Positions 29,381 to 40,556 of a stretch of DNA of 64,000 nt are shown here, piece after piece; the stretch's first letter is position 1; each line of letters starts with the position of its first letter. The position numbers and the translations under genes are program-made. The notes below the pieces were generated by a model that saw nothing but the letters and a program-made list of their open reading frames with translations, made no database searches and was not told where the DNA came from. This stretch comes from Spirochaetota bacterium (GTDB lineage: Bacteria > Spirochaetota > UBA4802 > JAFGJZ01), in assembly GCA_027858855.1 (NCBI GenBank), contig JAQIBV010000038.1, positions 31,966-95,965 of the forward strand, in the 5' to 3' direction.

Positions 29381-29830
29381 TATCTGCCTCAGGGGTTATT
29401 CTAAAATAGAATTGGTTACAGTAATCTGTGTCTCTTCGTATATGGAGATCCCTTCATGATGGGGATACCCGCTGCCTCCGTTATTGTCGCATATCGTTGA
29501 CTGGTCAATAATTATATCGCCAGTTTCATCATTTGGAACAAAAAATATGGCTGCACCATACAGATCAGCTTTCGTGAAGTTGCTCCTCTGATTTATTTGA
29601 GCAATGCAATAAATACAAGGATGTTGAATTGAAAATAATGTTTAGGTCTTTACTGCGAAAACTTTAACAGGCTCGGCACGGTCTCGAGAATTTTGTAGAG
29701 TAAAGTAACATTCATTCGAAATTCTGGAACAAGGCCGGAGTGACACTGTGCAGAATTTTGAATTATTGCATAGTATTCGTGTCAATAGTGTAATCTGGCG
29801 TAATGACTTATGCTATTTGCACCCTGTATC

Positions 29831-30502
29831 TTAAAGAAATTTAGCATAATCGCAGACCAGAAGATATTTTGGATCTTTATCCTCTATGATATCTGGAAAG
29901 CGACCGACTTTTTCGTAAAAGACATTGTCGGTATTGTCATCATTAATAGTCGAGACCTCTCCGACCAGAACGTCGCCGCCATCGCCCCAGAATCTGTGGT
30001 ATTGACCCTGCGGAAGTGTTATGCTCTCGCCCGGAGCAAGTTTTACAATATGTCCCGCCTTTTGATTGTACTGTCGGCCGTCACTGTTTACAGTTATATC
30101 GGTACTGGCAAGCCTGTCATCCGGTGTATGGTTATACAGTTCAATCGCGAGTACAGCTCCGCTCCGGTTGATAATATCCTCAACCTTGCTGTTATGATAA
30201 TGCATGGGAGCAATCTGGTTTTGACGTATAATCATTATTTTTTCGGCATAGGGCTTGGAAGAGGGGTCTGTGGGGATACCGTTTCGAAGGGTAAAAAGAA
30301 CAAGTCCGCATTCGTTAAAACGTCCCAGCCCATAGTCTGTAATATCCCAACCCATCTTTACTGCGGTGATCTCTTTGCACGAATCCCTGTTTGCCAGCCA
30401 GTCATCAACTGTCCAAAATGCATAAGGCGGCAGGATAAAACCACATTTTTTCATAAACCCGGCAGCTTCGTCTATAATTGTGTTAATTTCTGAACGTTTC
30501 AT
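29831..30502 (-). CDS. D-lyxose/D-mannose-family sugar isomerase (cupin, YdaE-like)
   Basis: Size (223 aa) and N-terminal/cupin motifs resemble D-lyxose ketol-isomerases. The + strand ORF at 29810–30493 is its antisense shadow. Confidence 0.5.
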   Translation of the reverse strand: MKRSEINTIIDEAAGFMKKCGFILPPYAFWTVDDWLANRDSCKEITAVKMGWDITDYGLGRFNECGLVLFTLRNGIPTDPSSKPYAEKIMIIRQNQIAPMHYHNSKVEDIINRSGAVLAIELYNHTPDDRLASTDITVNSDGRQYNQKAGHIVKLAPGESITLPQGQYHRFWGDGGDVLVGEVSTINDDNTDNVFYEKVGRFPDIIEDKDPKYLLVCDYAKFL

Positions 30503-30780
30503 TGCCAGTCCCTCGCTCGGTTGTATTTAGAAGCATCAGTTTATATGTTACCATGTGGCAGTTGGTAAGTAAATCAGTTTTTTAAGGATGGGGTAACAGA
30601 ACATACCCCAAGGGTTAAACAATCCGTAATGATAAATCATTTTATCGGATATCAGAATATATTATTATTGTACTGGTAGCAGATTTCGAGTACAACTAGG
30701 ATTGTTAGCCACATATTGATGGTGGATTCCAGGCAGAATCTGAAATCCGTGTTGACGGCCGGATTTCAGAACTGAACAGA

Positions 30781-32963
30781 TCAGTATTCGTACGGGCCAA
30801 CAGCGTAGTCTCCATCAGAACCGGGGCGTGGGTTGCCGTCAATGTCAGTAGTAACACCACTAATTGAAGCGCCGCCCGATTTAAGAGGGTCGTTTATAGA
30901 ATCCGAAGTAAGTCGCCAGTCTGCGTCAAAATCCGGAGCAGCGCCTGTGAAGTTATCGCCGCACCCTGAAAGATTATTCAAATCAGCGATGTTGCTGAGG
31001 GTTACGTTTGTTGGGGAACCTGTTTGGTAAAAAGCACCGGGGGAAACATACAGGTAGTTATTCTGTATATGTCTATCGTCTGGGCTGTCTGAATAAATAC
31101 AAGCGTAAGTTGAGCTTTCTGTTACTATTATATTGTTAAAAATATTGACCGAATTCGGGTTTGAGTAATTGTCCTGTATAGCGTAGCTGCCGTTGCTGCC
31201 CAGTTTATAAACAAGATTATTATATATATCAACTTCACTTCCGGCTTCGCCAAGAATATTTAAACACATTGAAGTTCCGCTTCCCAAATGAGCTTCAGAA
31301 GTAATAATATTATTTATGCATTCAAAATTGTTAAAAGAGCTACTTTCCAGGGCGGTCGCTGTGGTTTGTGCCTCGGCTGCGATGCGGTTGCCGTAAACTG
31401 TTACCGGCATATCTGTGCCAAGATAATAGTTTAAATAAATCGCTCTTCCTTTATAAGGCTGGCCGATTGAGTCCGGGTCGTGAGCGGTTATCATCTCATT
31501 ATTTTGGATTATTATCTCCGAACCTGTTGTTGATGCTGGCATACCAAATGTTGTAAAATTTATACCATATTTATTTCCATTGCTAGCAGGGGAGTTGGCT
31601 CCTCCGCTTATCAGTCCGTTATTTTCAATTATTAGTTTAAAATTAGTAAAAATATTGTTTTTATTCGGATAGATAAAGATTCCGTAATCATTAGAACCAT
31701 TGTTCTGTGATGGCCCGCAAATACGCTCGTTATTGCTAATATCAATGGTAGTGTTTGTTATATTGTTTAATGGAATAACGGGTGGATTTGGATTGTTAGA
31801 ACTAATTTCAATGCCGGCGTTGTTAGAGCCAGAGCCAGCGTTTCCAGCTTCTATGCTGTTTCGTCTTATTATAAAATTAAATCCGTCTAAATTCAGAGAG
31901 TCGTTATGTAGTCTTATACCCCAGACTGAATTATTACTGTTGCCGCTTTTAATAAACGAGTATGTGATTGAAACAGTGCCCTTTTGTGTTCCATTGTTCA
32001 GCAATATTGCATATGAGTATTGGAATAATCATCAGGATTGCTGATATTACAGTTTCTGATATTTATTACGCCTGATGTAGTTGTCTGCGAATCAATAAGA
32101 ACCGTCGATGCTGTAGACGAGGCGTTAGGGGTATTAATATTGAGCGAGATTAGCGACATTTCCGAAGATAGTGGTGATTCTGTAATATGCACTGTACTGT
32201 TATCAGTGGCCGTAGTGCTGTTTTGTAAAACAGGCCTTCCGTCTGTCTCATCCTCTGGCACCATTACCCACCAGGATCCATTGTATCTGAAGTTACCTAT
32301 AAGATTTAGTGGTTTACCTATTGTAAATAATCCGTCATAAACACCGCTGTTGATAACAACAGTTCCGTCTTCATCTGCTTTGCTGATCGCAGTCGAAAGG
32401 TCTCTGTAGGGATCACTATATGTACCGCTGCCCGCACCTGCGACATCGGCCGAGACATAGACCGGCTCATTGAGAGCGCGAGTGCTAACAGTAAACTCAA
32501 ATTCAGGTGTTACCGGATCATTGCTCTCAATTCGTAGCAGGGAGTCATAGTTGCTGGGTTCGGAAGGGGTAACCCTGACACCAAACTGATGTTCGCCTCC
32601 AGGTTCTACAGTAAGTGGAAGCGTCTCGAGACATTCGAAAGAGTCGGAGTCGGCCTCGATTCCGGTTATGATGAGGGGATCGCTTCCGTTATTTTCTATC
32701 TGAAAAATCAGGTCATTTGATTCACCGGCTTTTACCGGAGTAACTGGCAGTATGCTGTTATTAGTGATGATTTCGGCCAGATAAACTGCTCTGACTTGAA
32801 TAGTGGTATCATCAACTATTCCGGGATCTTCGGTTTCGCCAGGAGTTCCAGTTTTAGGTATGGTTTTGTCCTGGTTGGCAATCTCATAAAGGTTGGAACT
32901 GCAGCCTGTGATCAGTAAAAATCCGATAAAAAATGGTATTAAAACGATTTTATTCATGACCAT
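30781..32963 (-). pseudogene. Surface lipoprotein with an Ig-like (choice-of-anchor-D/HYDIN-type) domain plus a DUF1565 right-handed parallel β-helix. It is split into two ORFs (31998–32963 and 30781–32004) by an apparent frameshift at ~32000.
   Basis: Upstream ORF: lipobox LITGCSS, Ig-like segment, GSGTYSDPY β-helix start. Downstream ORF continues the N/G-rich β-helix repeats but has no start of its own beyond a TTG. The frames switch at the palindrome gcaatattgc (32001–32010). Confidence 0.5.
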
Positions 32964-33140
32964 ACTCCGAGGGTTTTATCGATACAATATCGTATTCGTT
33001 AAAGACTACAGATTTAAACTGTTATTACAAGTAAAATTACTGATATCTGTCAGATTTACGATAATTTTTTTGGGCTTTTTCCCCTTTTTGGGAGATGTGC
33101 CAGGAGCCAGTCGGTACGACAGAGTCGGGTTACGGGTCTC

Positions 33141-34034
33141 TTAATCAAAATAGTAGTTCACCGTTATACTCTGCAGCTTATTGTCTTCAAATGAGAACTT
33201 TAACGCTGGTGGATACTCAGAAGTTGGCTCGTATGCTATAAAATCATCAGCGGCGCGCCCCGGTTTGCCAAACAGTTCTTTGATTTTTTGCCTGGATACA
33301 CCAAGGGTGATGCCATGTTGTAACGGTATCGCATCAGAGGTGATAGTAAATCCGAGCGGCAACTGTCGCTCTTTGGTTACATACATAATGCACTTAAAAT
33401 GTTCGAAAAAGAGGGTTACAAGGTCGTCATACTGTTCATTGTCATGTCTGTTCTGCACTTTCTCGGTGTCAACTTTCTGAACAGGGCCGAATTTCTTCTC
33501 GATTACTGATGTCGGTTTCCCATCTTTGATGACATCATTTTCCGAAAATGCATTAAAATTAGGTCGGTTTTTAAAAGGCTTTTCTGCCAGAAGCATGAGC
33601 GCATGGTCAATTTCTGTTGTCTTCATAAGGCTTGTGTAGCCACCAAAAACCCAGCCCTCCCATTTTTCACCCTGTATAAAGAGCCACTGGTCGGTAATTT
33701 TCCGTCCAAGTTCGGAATCATTGACAGATTCGGTCTCTTTAGTCTGTCGGTAAACCGATATCTTTGTTCCAAAAGGTATAACTGTAATTTTCTCAGCACT
33801 GGCATTCGGTGCTTTGCGTAAAGAAAGACCACTTGGCGCAGAAATAAATCTGATAACAGGAGAATCGAAATAAACAATACCTTCCATCTGATTACTTGCT
33901 TTCTGTGATTGAGGTTCTTCCTCTTCCGCTTGTTCCAGGCTTTGTTGTTCATCTGTTTCAGATGTTCTATTCTGGTTGCATCCACTAATAACAATAAAGA
34001 ATATAAGAAAAAGTATATAGTATTTTTTTAACAT
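33141..34034 (-). CDS. Lipoprotein with a bacterial SH3 (SH3b) domain
   Basis: Lipobox (VISGCNQ). SH3b-like segment (…GEKWEGWVFGGY…). aaggagg RBS. Confidence 0.5.
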   Translation of the reverse strand: MLKKYYILFLIFFIVISGCNQNRTSETDEQQSLEQAEEEEPQSQKASNQMEGIVYFDSPVIRFISAPSGLSLRKAPNASAEKITVIPFGTKISVYRQTKETESVNDSELGRKITDQWLFIQGEKWEGWVFGGYTSLMKTTEIDHALMLLAEKPFKNRPNFNAFSENDVIKDGKPTSVIEKKFGPVQKVDTEKVQNRHDNEQYDDLVTLFFEHFKCIMYVTKERQLPLGFTITSDAIPLQHGITLGVSRQKIKELFGKPGRAADDFIAYEPTSEYPPALKFSFEDNKLQSITVNYYFD

Positions 34035-34301
34035 AGCCCGCCTCCTTTTATAGTGAACTTCTACAACTGTTTATTCGAAGCTCGCTGTCGTTTGTCTGGT
34101 TTTTAACATGTATACCTAATAGGCATTGTAAGTAGTATATTTCTGATGACTACAGAGTATAATACTTGCTGTGCGGACAACCGGACGAAGGTTGTACTGT
34201 TCGCTGCGCTCATGATGGGTTGCACCACGCTTTGTCTGGCTTGCGCTCGGCAAAAAAAACCTATACATGCGGAACGATGGCTGCCGTGGTTTGTAAATAT
34301 T

Positions 34302-35081
34302 TTACAGCTGGGTTGTTAAACCTACCGTGATGTAGTTAAGCAGAGCAAAGGTGTAAACATCGCCGCCACCATCAGAGCCACCTTCGAGAACGCGGTAGCC
34401 AAGCCTTAAGCTTGTCTTCTCGTTTTGATGATACTGAAGTGCAAGCAGCGCATCCTCGGCTCTTCCGTAGGGTGTAACAAGTGCATCCATATCAAGAAGA
34501 ACACTGAATTTATCTGCAAACTTCCACTGCGCCATAAGGTGAATAAGTGGAACAAAACCGATATTGCTTCTACCTGCAGAACCGTCTTCGCCTATCAGTC
34601 TGATTTCGGCATCACGCATCTTGCCGGTAATGCCCGCGGCCAGTAAAAAATTGCCTTTGTCTATCAGGTTATACCTGTAGGTAATCCTGTACGAATTAAA
34701 CCTGTAGATAGACTGCACCTTTGTGCCGGCCTCAAATGTCTCTCCACGATAGGTGATCTGTTTATCAATAGTTCCTTCGCCATAAACAGTCAGCGGAGCT
34801 GCCAGAAACATGAGTGTATGTCTGTTAAAAGTGTACCCCAGGCGCATTCGTGGTGCAAAGGCCGTATCCGATTCAATATCATCTTTTAGCGAAAAGCGGG
34901 TCCCGTCATCCGAAGGCACCTGCACATCATTGTATCCAGTAAAGACCATACCATACTCTGCATCGATAAAGGCCTGTGCGAAGGCATTATGGCTAAACAG
35001 AAGCAGTATTGCACAAAACAGACCGAGCGTTAAAGATTTTTTTCCAGTAATGGTTACTCCATGACTTAAAACTGTTTTCAT
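34302..35081 (-). CDS. Putative outer-membrane β-barrel protein
   Basis: Signal peptide (…SHNAFAQA) and alternating amphipathic β-strand pattern throughout. Confidence 0.45.
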   Translation of the reverse strand: MKTVLSHGVTITGKKSLTLGLFCAILLLFSHNAFAQAFIDAEYGMVFTGYNDVQVPSDDGTRFSLKDDIESDTAFAPRMRLGYTFNRHTLMFLAAPLTVYGEGTIDKQITYRGETFEAGTKVQSIYRFNSYRITYRYNLIDKGNFLLAAGITGKMRDAEIRLIGEDGSAGRSNIGFVPLIHLMAQWKFADKFSVLLDMDALVTPYGRAEDALLALQYHQNEKTSLRLGYRVLEGGSDGGGDVYTFALLNYITVGLTTQL

Positions 35082-35438
35082 ATTTGATCTCCGTATTAAT
35101 TCTCATACGCATATAGTGTTTAAATACATCAAAAAACTAATTTATTCAATAAAATTATTTAGAGGTAAAAACAGGAATTGTTTCTTAAAAAAACAAATAA
35201 ATGTTGACGAAAGAAACATAAGTAACTAACTTTGGTTTTGTTATCAAAAACAAAGCCGTCCAGCCGGTTTGTCAATAATTCAAAATATTTGCGCTTAAAA
35301 AGCCAAAATGTTTTCGCTGTCCTTAAAGCGAAATTTTTTGGCGTTTTTTCGAGTCTACGAGAAAAATTCTCAATAACAAAGCGAAAATACTCAGTAAACC
35401 GGCTGAACAGTGTTTATAAAATGAGAGGGAGTTAACAG

Positions 35439-35615
35439 ATGAAGAAATTTGCAGAAGCGATTAATGATGAGTTATTAAAAAGGAATATTATTCTTGTGAA
35501 AAGACCGGGACATGAAGTTTTTCGCATTGACCCGGCGTTAACAATTGAAAAGAAGCAGGTTGAATTTTTTCTGAATTGCATGGAAGAGATAATCTCGGAA
35601 ATGGAAAACATCTAA
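35439..35615 (+). CDS. Small ORF (58 aa) resembling the C-terminal tail of a class-III aminotransferase, a probable gene remnant (not in the ORF track)
   Basis: MKKFAEAINDELLKRNIILVKRPGHEVFRIDPALTIEKKQVEFFLNCMEEIISEMENI. It is preceded by a gagaggga RBS. The pattern …vlRi.PpLtIteeqidefl..leeil is typical of aminotransferase-III C-termini. Confidence 0.3.
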   Translation: MKKFAEAINDELLKRNIILVKRPGHEVFRIDPALTIEKKQVEFFLNCMEEIISEMENI

Positions 35616-35726
35616 TAATTAGTACAGCAAATATTCCTGAAAAAGTAAAGTTCTATGTTGGTGCTGATAAAAGAGCGCTACAAAAAGAAGAATTAGTAAT
35701 TGATAAACCTGTCATAATGAAATATA

Positions 35727-36938
35727 TTAAGTCTGGCGTTGCTGGTATACATTATCATGCCAGTCGGTGACAAGCTCGATAAGAAATGGAGGGCGTCCCA
35801 GCTTTTTTTTCAGCAGGGTTGCATGATCTTCGAAGAGTTCCCGGTATATCTTTCTCCAGCATTTTTTACTGCTGTTTGTCGGAAGATCAAACTCGGGGTA
35901 GAAGGTTTGAATATTGCTGTTAATCAGAAAACGTTTTCGCTCATCATTGGCTGTTCGCCTGATTGAATGTATCCATTCGCCAACAATCTGAAAGGGAACC
36001 AGCAGAAAGTGTTTCTTGCGGTAGTGTTTGATGAATATGCCGTAAACATCCTCTAGCGTAAACTGATCCGGGTCATCATATCTGTTCCAGATACGGATCA
36101 GTTCGAGAGCCACATCGGTATCACCCCATCGGGGAAAAAGATAGTGAAGTGAACGTCTTTTCACAAAATCAAGTATGTATTGATAGGTTGTGTTGTACCA
36201 GAACCTGTCCAGAAGATCCTGCTGTTCTAAATCTTCGGGAAGCTCTGTGTCTTCGGGTATGAATCGTTTAAAATCCTCTTTTACCCAGATAAAGTTTCGG
36301 TGTCGCTTAACCCATGAGGGGCTCCATTTGCGAACTTCGTTTTCAAGAGTTTCCCAGGTTCTGTTTCTGCGTATATCAAAATTGGCTTGGTGCACATAGT
36401 CCAGAAACTTTGTTTTTTCGTTAAAAGTGACCAGTTTTTTAAAAAAGTTCAGGTCGCTGCGAGAAAAACAGCAGTTTAAACTGTAGGGAATTGTAAGCCG
36501 TGTTATACGTGCTCGTATGAACTCTCTGCCCAAACTAAGACCGGCCGAAACACGGTGGTGTCCGTCTCTGATAAAATAGATTCCGCCATAATCAAATACA
36601 TTTATCGGCTCCTCTAGACCCCCTTCACTCATTCGGCTCCAAACATTTATCCAGCGTTCCTGCATCCAGGAGTGAATAGGGTGAAACCCTTCGGCAAAGT
36701 CCTTTTTCCGGTTTTCGCTTCCGGTTATTCTGTTTAACGGGATATCTGATTCACCTGCATAGGCTTCGCCTGACGGAGCGGCTATTGTTGTAAGCTCGTG
36801 CAATGTTAGGAGTGATCGGTCTCCTATAAAGGGACGCGCATACCATGCCAAAAGCCTTTTACCTTTTTTAAGTGATTCCTGAAAAGCCGTTGTACCCATT
36901 GCACGTAGGTTTACAATATTCATATGAGGACTTCCCAA
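35727..36938 (-). CDS. ParB/Srx-fold (ParB-like nuclease domain, DGHHR motif) protein with an uncharacterised ~280-aa C-terminal domain
   Basis: …VFDYGGIYFIRDGHHRVSAGLSLG… matches the ParB N-terminal/ParBc consensus. No adjacent parA. Confidence 0.55.
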   Translation of the reverse strand: MGSPHMNIVNLRAMGTTAFQESLKKGKRLLAWYARPFIGDRSLLTLHELTTIAAPSGEAYAGESDIPLNRITGSENRKKDFAEGFHPIHSWMQERWINVWSRMSEGGLEEPINVFDYGGIYFIRDGHHRVSAGLSLGREFIRARITRLTIPYSLNCCFSRSDLNFFKKLVTFNEKTKFLDYVHQANFDIRRNRTWETLENEVRKWSPSWVKRHRNFIWVKEDFKRFIPEDTELPEDLEQQDLLDRFWYNTTYQYILDFVKRRSLHYLFPRWGDTDVALELIRIWNRYDDPDQFTLEDVYGIFIKHYRKKHFLLVPFQIVGEWIHSIRRTANDERKRFLINSNIQTFYPEFDLPTNSSKKCWRKIYRELFEDHATLLKKKLGRPPFLIELVTDWHDNVYQQRQT

Positions 36939-37338
36939 TAATATGAAATCTGGAGAATGGTATTAGGGTAACTGTAGTTTGCAGAACAGTGAATACCTGG
37001 ACTACTGCAAGAATTAGGATTTCTTAATTCGTAATTTTCAAGGTTTTTCATACTGTTAATTAATTCAGAAAGTGTATAAATGTCAACAGTTTGTGAGGAA
37101 ATTATTTTCCGGAAGCGGTATTGAGTCTTGACAAGTTGAACCTGGAACAATTGGTCTTGACTTTTTATCATGATCGATATTCGTAAAAGGTTGCAGAATT
37201 GGTTTGTGTGTATTTACTATGTCTGTTCCGGTTTATCTAGAATGCGCATAAAAACCCGGTACAGGCTAGTTTGTGAACTTTTGATTCCGAAGCTGTTCTC
37301 TTCCGGTTTTAAATCAAAAATCTTATGAGAGGTTAATC

Positions 37339-38121
37339 ATGGAGATTTCATTCAAATGGGTTGGCGGTGCAACATGGATATTGCAGATTGATAATATTAA
37401 AATTGCATGTGATCCGGTTTTGTGCCCTGAAGGCCATATTCAGGATTATAGATATTTTAAAACAAAAAGATTGAATAATCCGATTTATACCGAATCTGAT
37501 TTTGAAAAAATTAATTTGTGGTTATTAACTCATAATCATGAAGATCACATCGATCAATATGGGTTAAAGGTTATTCGAAAGAACTCAACAATAATCTCTC
37601 ATAAAGGTTTAAAGCCATTGCTAAAAAATAGAATATATGATGATTTAAGATTTGTTGACTGGAATGAGGAAACAGAAGTAATGATTGACGACGTCTGTAT
37701 TAAAATTAAAGCTATACCAGCAATACATGCAAAAAAAATATTTTTCAGCAGTGTTGTCGGAAATGGTAATGGTTACCTTTTACAAATTATTAAAGATGAT
37801 TCTGAATATACTATATATGTTACAGGCGACTGTGTTTACAATAGAAGAATAAATAAATTTATTCCTTTTTCAGGTATCAATTTAATAATTGCAAATGCCG
37901 GATCAGCGATGGTTGGAAAATCTGTGTTTTCAAAAATTATTGGAAGAATTACCAATAATGCCAATGATATTGCCATTATGAATTCGGAACTAAATCCCAA
38001 AATAATAATTCCAGTTCATTGGGGAACTTTTACGCATTATTCCGAAACTATAGCTTCCGGGTCATTTGAAAAAAATGAAAACATTAGAACCATTGATGTG
38101 GGCGAAAAGATGGTTTTATGA
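37339..38121 (+). CDS. MBL-fold metallo-hydrolase
   Basis: HxHxDH motif (THNHEDH), 260 aa. Visibly AT-rich. Confidence 0.7.
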   Translation: MEISFKWVGGATWILQIDNIKIACDPVLCPEGHIQDYRYFKTKRLNNPIYTESDFEKINLWLLTHNHEDHIDQYGLKVIRKNSTIISHKGLKPLLKNRIYDDLRFVDWNEETEVMIDDVCIKIKAIPAIHAKKIFFSSVVGNGNGYLLQIIKDDSEYTIYVTGDCVYNRRINKFIPFSGINLIIANAGSAMVGKSVFSKIIGRITNNANDIAIMNSELNPKIIIPVHWGTFTHYSETIASGSFEKNENIRTIDVGEKMVL

Positions 38122-38388
38122 TGATTGTACATTGGAATTACCCCCCCAGGTTATTTTGACGTCTGGAAGAATGAGTTAACTATTACTGAAGAGTATAAGA
38201 AATATATTGATTCTTTACTCCCTGATTTTTGTATCCTTTCGGAGCTTTAAAAAAATGAGTCTTTACAGAACCACTTGATCTGAATTTCTTTTGGATTTTC
38301 TTATGTTGATGCAGATCTTATGCCTGCAGGCAGTGCTTTCAGAAGACAAAAGCGTCTTCTTTGTATTAAGCAGGCTTCGGCTGTATTG

Positions 38389-39468
38389 TTAAAACTCCCC
38401 GCCGACTATAAGAGCCGCGGTATAACCGTTTGTTGGATATATTGCAATTGGCATAGCAATATGAACCGGACCAAAACTGAGACCAAAACCAAAAATGGCC
38501 TTAAAGCGTGCAACCGGTGCTGATCCTTCGGTTTTTGAATCAGTAAGTTCCATAGTTGCCGGATTATCCGTTTCAATTAAGTTGTCGTTTGAGTCATAAG
38601 CATTAACGGTAGTGTCTGTTTTTACATCGATTTTAGTTGAACCAAAACATAGATCCAGGCCGGTTCCAGCCATAATGTTAAAGTGGTTAAAAACTTTTGC
38701 TGAGCTAGTAATATCAAGTGGAATTGTGTAATTCGAACTCTGAATGGTTAATTCGACTTCACTTGTAGAACGAGTCAAATAGCCGTTAGATTCGTCGGAT
38801 TCTTTATCTATGTCATCAGGTGTAAAGAAGATGTTGTTACGGGTATAATAGAGTCCGGTTCCTATCGACAGAGAGCGTAGTTGAAAGTTTTCGTTTGTCA
38901 GCGTGAAATTATAAAATTTATATCTGGTGCCAACCCCAAGAATAAACGAGTCGTAGTTGAGTTCCCGCCCTGATAAGTTGTCCATGGCAAAACCGCCACA
39001 CTTTATATCAAATATCCAGTTCTGCAGTTGCGAAATGGGAAGGGCGCTTCCGCTTATGCTGACTGTGGCTACAATGCTGCCAGGTGACACGCTCGTTGAT
39101 CTATCTTTACCATCCTCAATATTGCTTGCAAAGTTAGAAAGGTCAAAAGGATTCTCTGTTGCAATGGCAGTACTTATACTTCCGCTTGCTGTAGGTGCAT
39201 CATTTGCGGTTATCAGGTTTCCTTGAAGAATCAGGCTCGAATTTGCTTTGCTGGTAGATTGTGCCAGGTTTTCCTGGTTTCCAGAAAGTTTGATAATCGC
39301 TTCATTATTTATATCATCGGCTAATTCATGCACCTGTCGATTAATTGTGGTGGTTGAAAAAGGGGTGTAGGTTCCTTCGGTAACCACCATCGTGCCGGCA
39401 GACAGGGGGGCAATAATAAGTAAAACTGAGATTACAGTAATATAATACGTTCTTATTTTCATTTTCAT
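38389..39468 (-). CDS. Secreted/outer-membrane hypothetical protein (Ser/Thr-rich, C-terminal …GGEF)
   Basis: Signal peptide, β-rich C-terminal half, terminal Phe. Confidence 0.4.
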   Translation of the reverse strand: MKMKIRTYYITVISVLLIIAPLSAGTMVVTEGTYTPFSTTTINRQVHELADDINNEAIIKLSGNQENLAQSTSKANSSLILQGNLITANDAPTASGSISTAIATENPFDLSNFASNIEDGKDRSTSVSPGSIVATVSISGSALPISQLQNWIFDIKCGGFAMDNLSGRELNYDSFILGVGTRYKFYNFTLTNENFQLRSLSIGTGLYYTRNNIFFTPDDIDKESDESNGYLTRSTSEVELTIQSSNYTIPLDITSSAKVFNHFNIMAGTGLDLCFGSTKIDVKTDTTVNAYDSNDNLIETDNPATMELTDSKTEGSAPVARFKAIFGFGLSFGPVHIAMPIAIYPTNGYTAALIVGGEF

Positions 39469-39484
39469 AACTCTTTTTTGGGCT

Positions 39485-40264
39485 TTATTCCGTCATTTTC
39501 ACACCATATACCTGGTCTGTTTCATTGTTGATATGAAGATGTGTGTCATCATTTGAAAATGAGTATGTGCTGCCTGTATATTGATTATTGATCTCATCAG
39601 AGTTGAAATATGAGATAACACCATCCTTTGCAACCATGCTGTCGGCCATTTTTTCGCCACGCTCCCAGGTTGCATCAGTTAATAGAAGCTCGTATAAAAC
39701 TGCATTTTGGGTTATTTCAAAACCGTAAACCTTGGTATTTGAGTCATAGTGGTCAGTTGTCTTAATCCAACGACCAACCAGTTTTGCGTCAACAATGTAG
39801 TAGTAGATGTGAATGAAAACCGAACGGTATGACTTGCCGTCTTTTGTCAGTATTATACATAGAACATTACTGCCAGGTTTGAGTTTAATAGAGGTTGTAA
39901 CAATTTGCTGCGTTCCATCATGATCAACATCGTAAAAGACGCCATTGAGCCAGACCTGGATGGTTACATCTGAAAAGCGGGCCCGTGATGCTAAGGATTC
40001 GGGAATAGTTATACTGACATCAACATCTTCTGAGTCAGTTGTTCCTACGTCTGCTCCAACAGTATCGTCTACTGATGTGTCATTAACTGTGACAGCCATA
40101 TCAACTTCTTCAGTATCCTCTGGACTGTTGTCGTAGTCTGATGCCATTTTATCCACTTCGTTAATTAATTCGACTTTGTTAGTATCGTCGTTTTCAGACT
40201 CGCTACCGCAGGATAAAAAGAGGGTTGCTGCAATACAAATAATTAATAATGTTTTTAATCTCAT
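39485..40264 (-). CDS. Hypothetical lipoprotein with an acidic low-complexity region
   Basis: Lipobox (LFLSCGS). D/E/T/V-rich stretch. Confidence 0.45.
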   Translation of the reverse strand: MRLKTLLIICIAATLFLSCGSESENDDTNKVELINEVDKMASDYDNSPEDTEEVDMAVTVNDTSVDDTVGADVGTTDSEDVDVSITIPESLASRARFSDVTIQVWLNGVFYDVDHDGTQQIVTTSIKLKPGSNVLCIILTKDGKSYRSVFIHIYYYIVDAKLVGRWIKTTDHYDSNTKVYGFEITQNAVLYELLLTDATWERGEKMADSMVAKDGVISYFNSDEINNQYTGSTYSFSNDDTHLHINNETDQVYGVKMTE

Positions 40265-40556
40265 TTACTGCTCTCCTGACCTGATTTTTTAAAGAGGAGT
40301 TCTATATGGTCAACAGATTGGCCGAGGCTTTTTTCAGAAAAGAATAAAACTTTGTAGTGTCCTCTTGCAACAAAATCCAATCATTGAATTTTATGTTAAT
40401 TTAGTTGAATATTTTAAATAGTCAAGCTATTTTCGGGACATAAAGGATTAATACAAACTTTTATTCGAACCCGGATAGATGAAACTGGTTGCAGAGCTGG
40501 TATCTGGTTAAATTTCTTCAAAGCTCTCTTTTCTAAAAAATCCAGGTGATAAGTTA

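Noticed and set aside
34035-34301. GC-rich intergenic stretch considered as a tRNA or other structured ncRNA
   Set aside because: I could find no cloverleaf-compatible acceptor/T-arm pattern (no GTTCRA-type T-loop) and only short imperfect hairpins. More likely it is a terminator and promoter region between two minus-strand genes.
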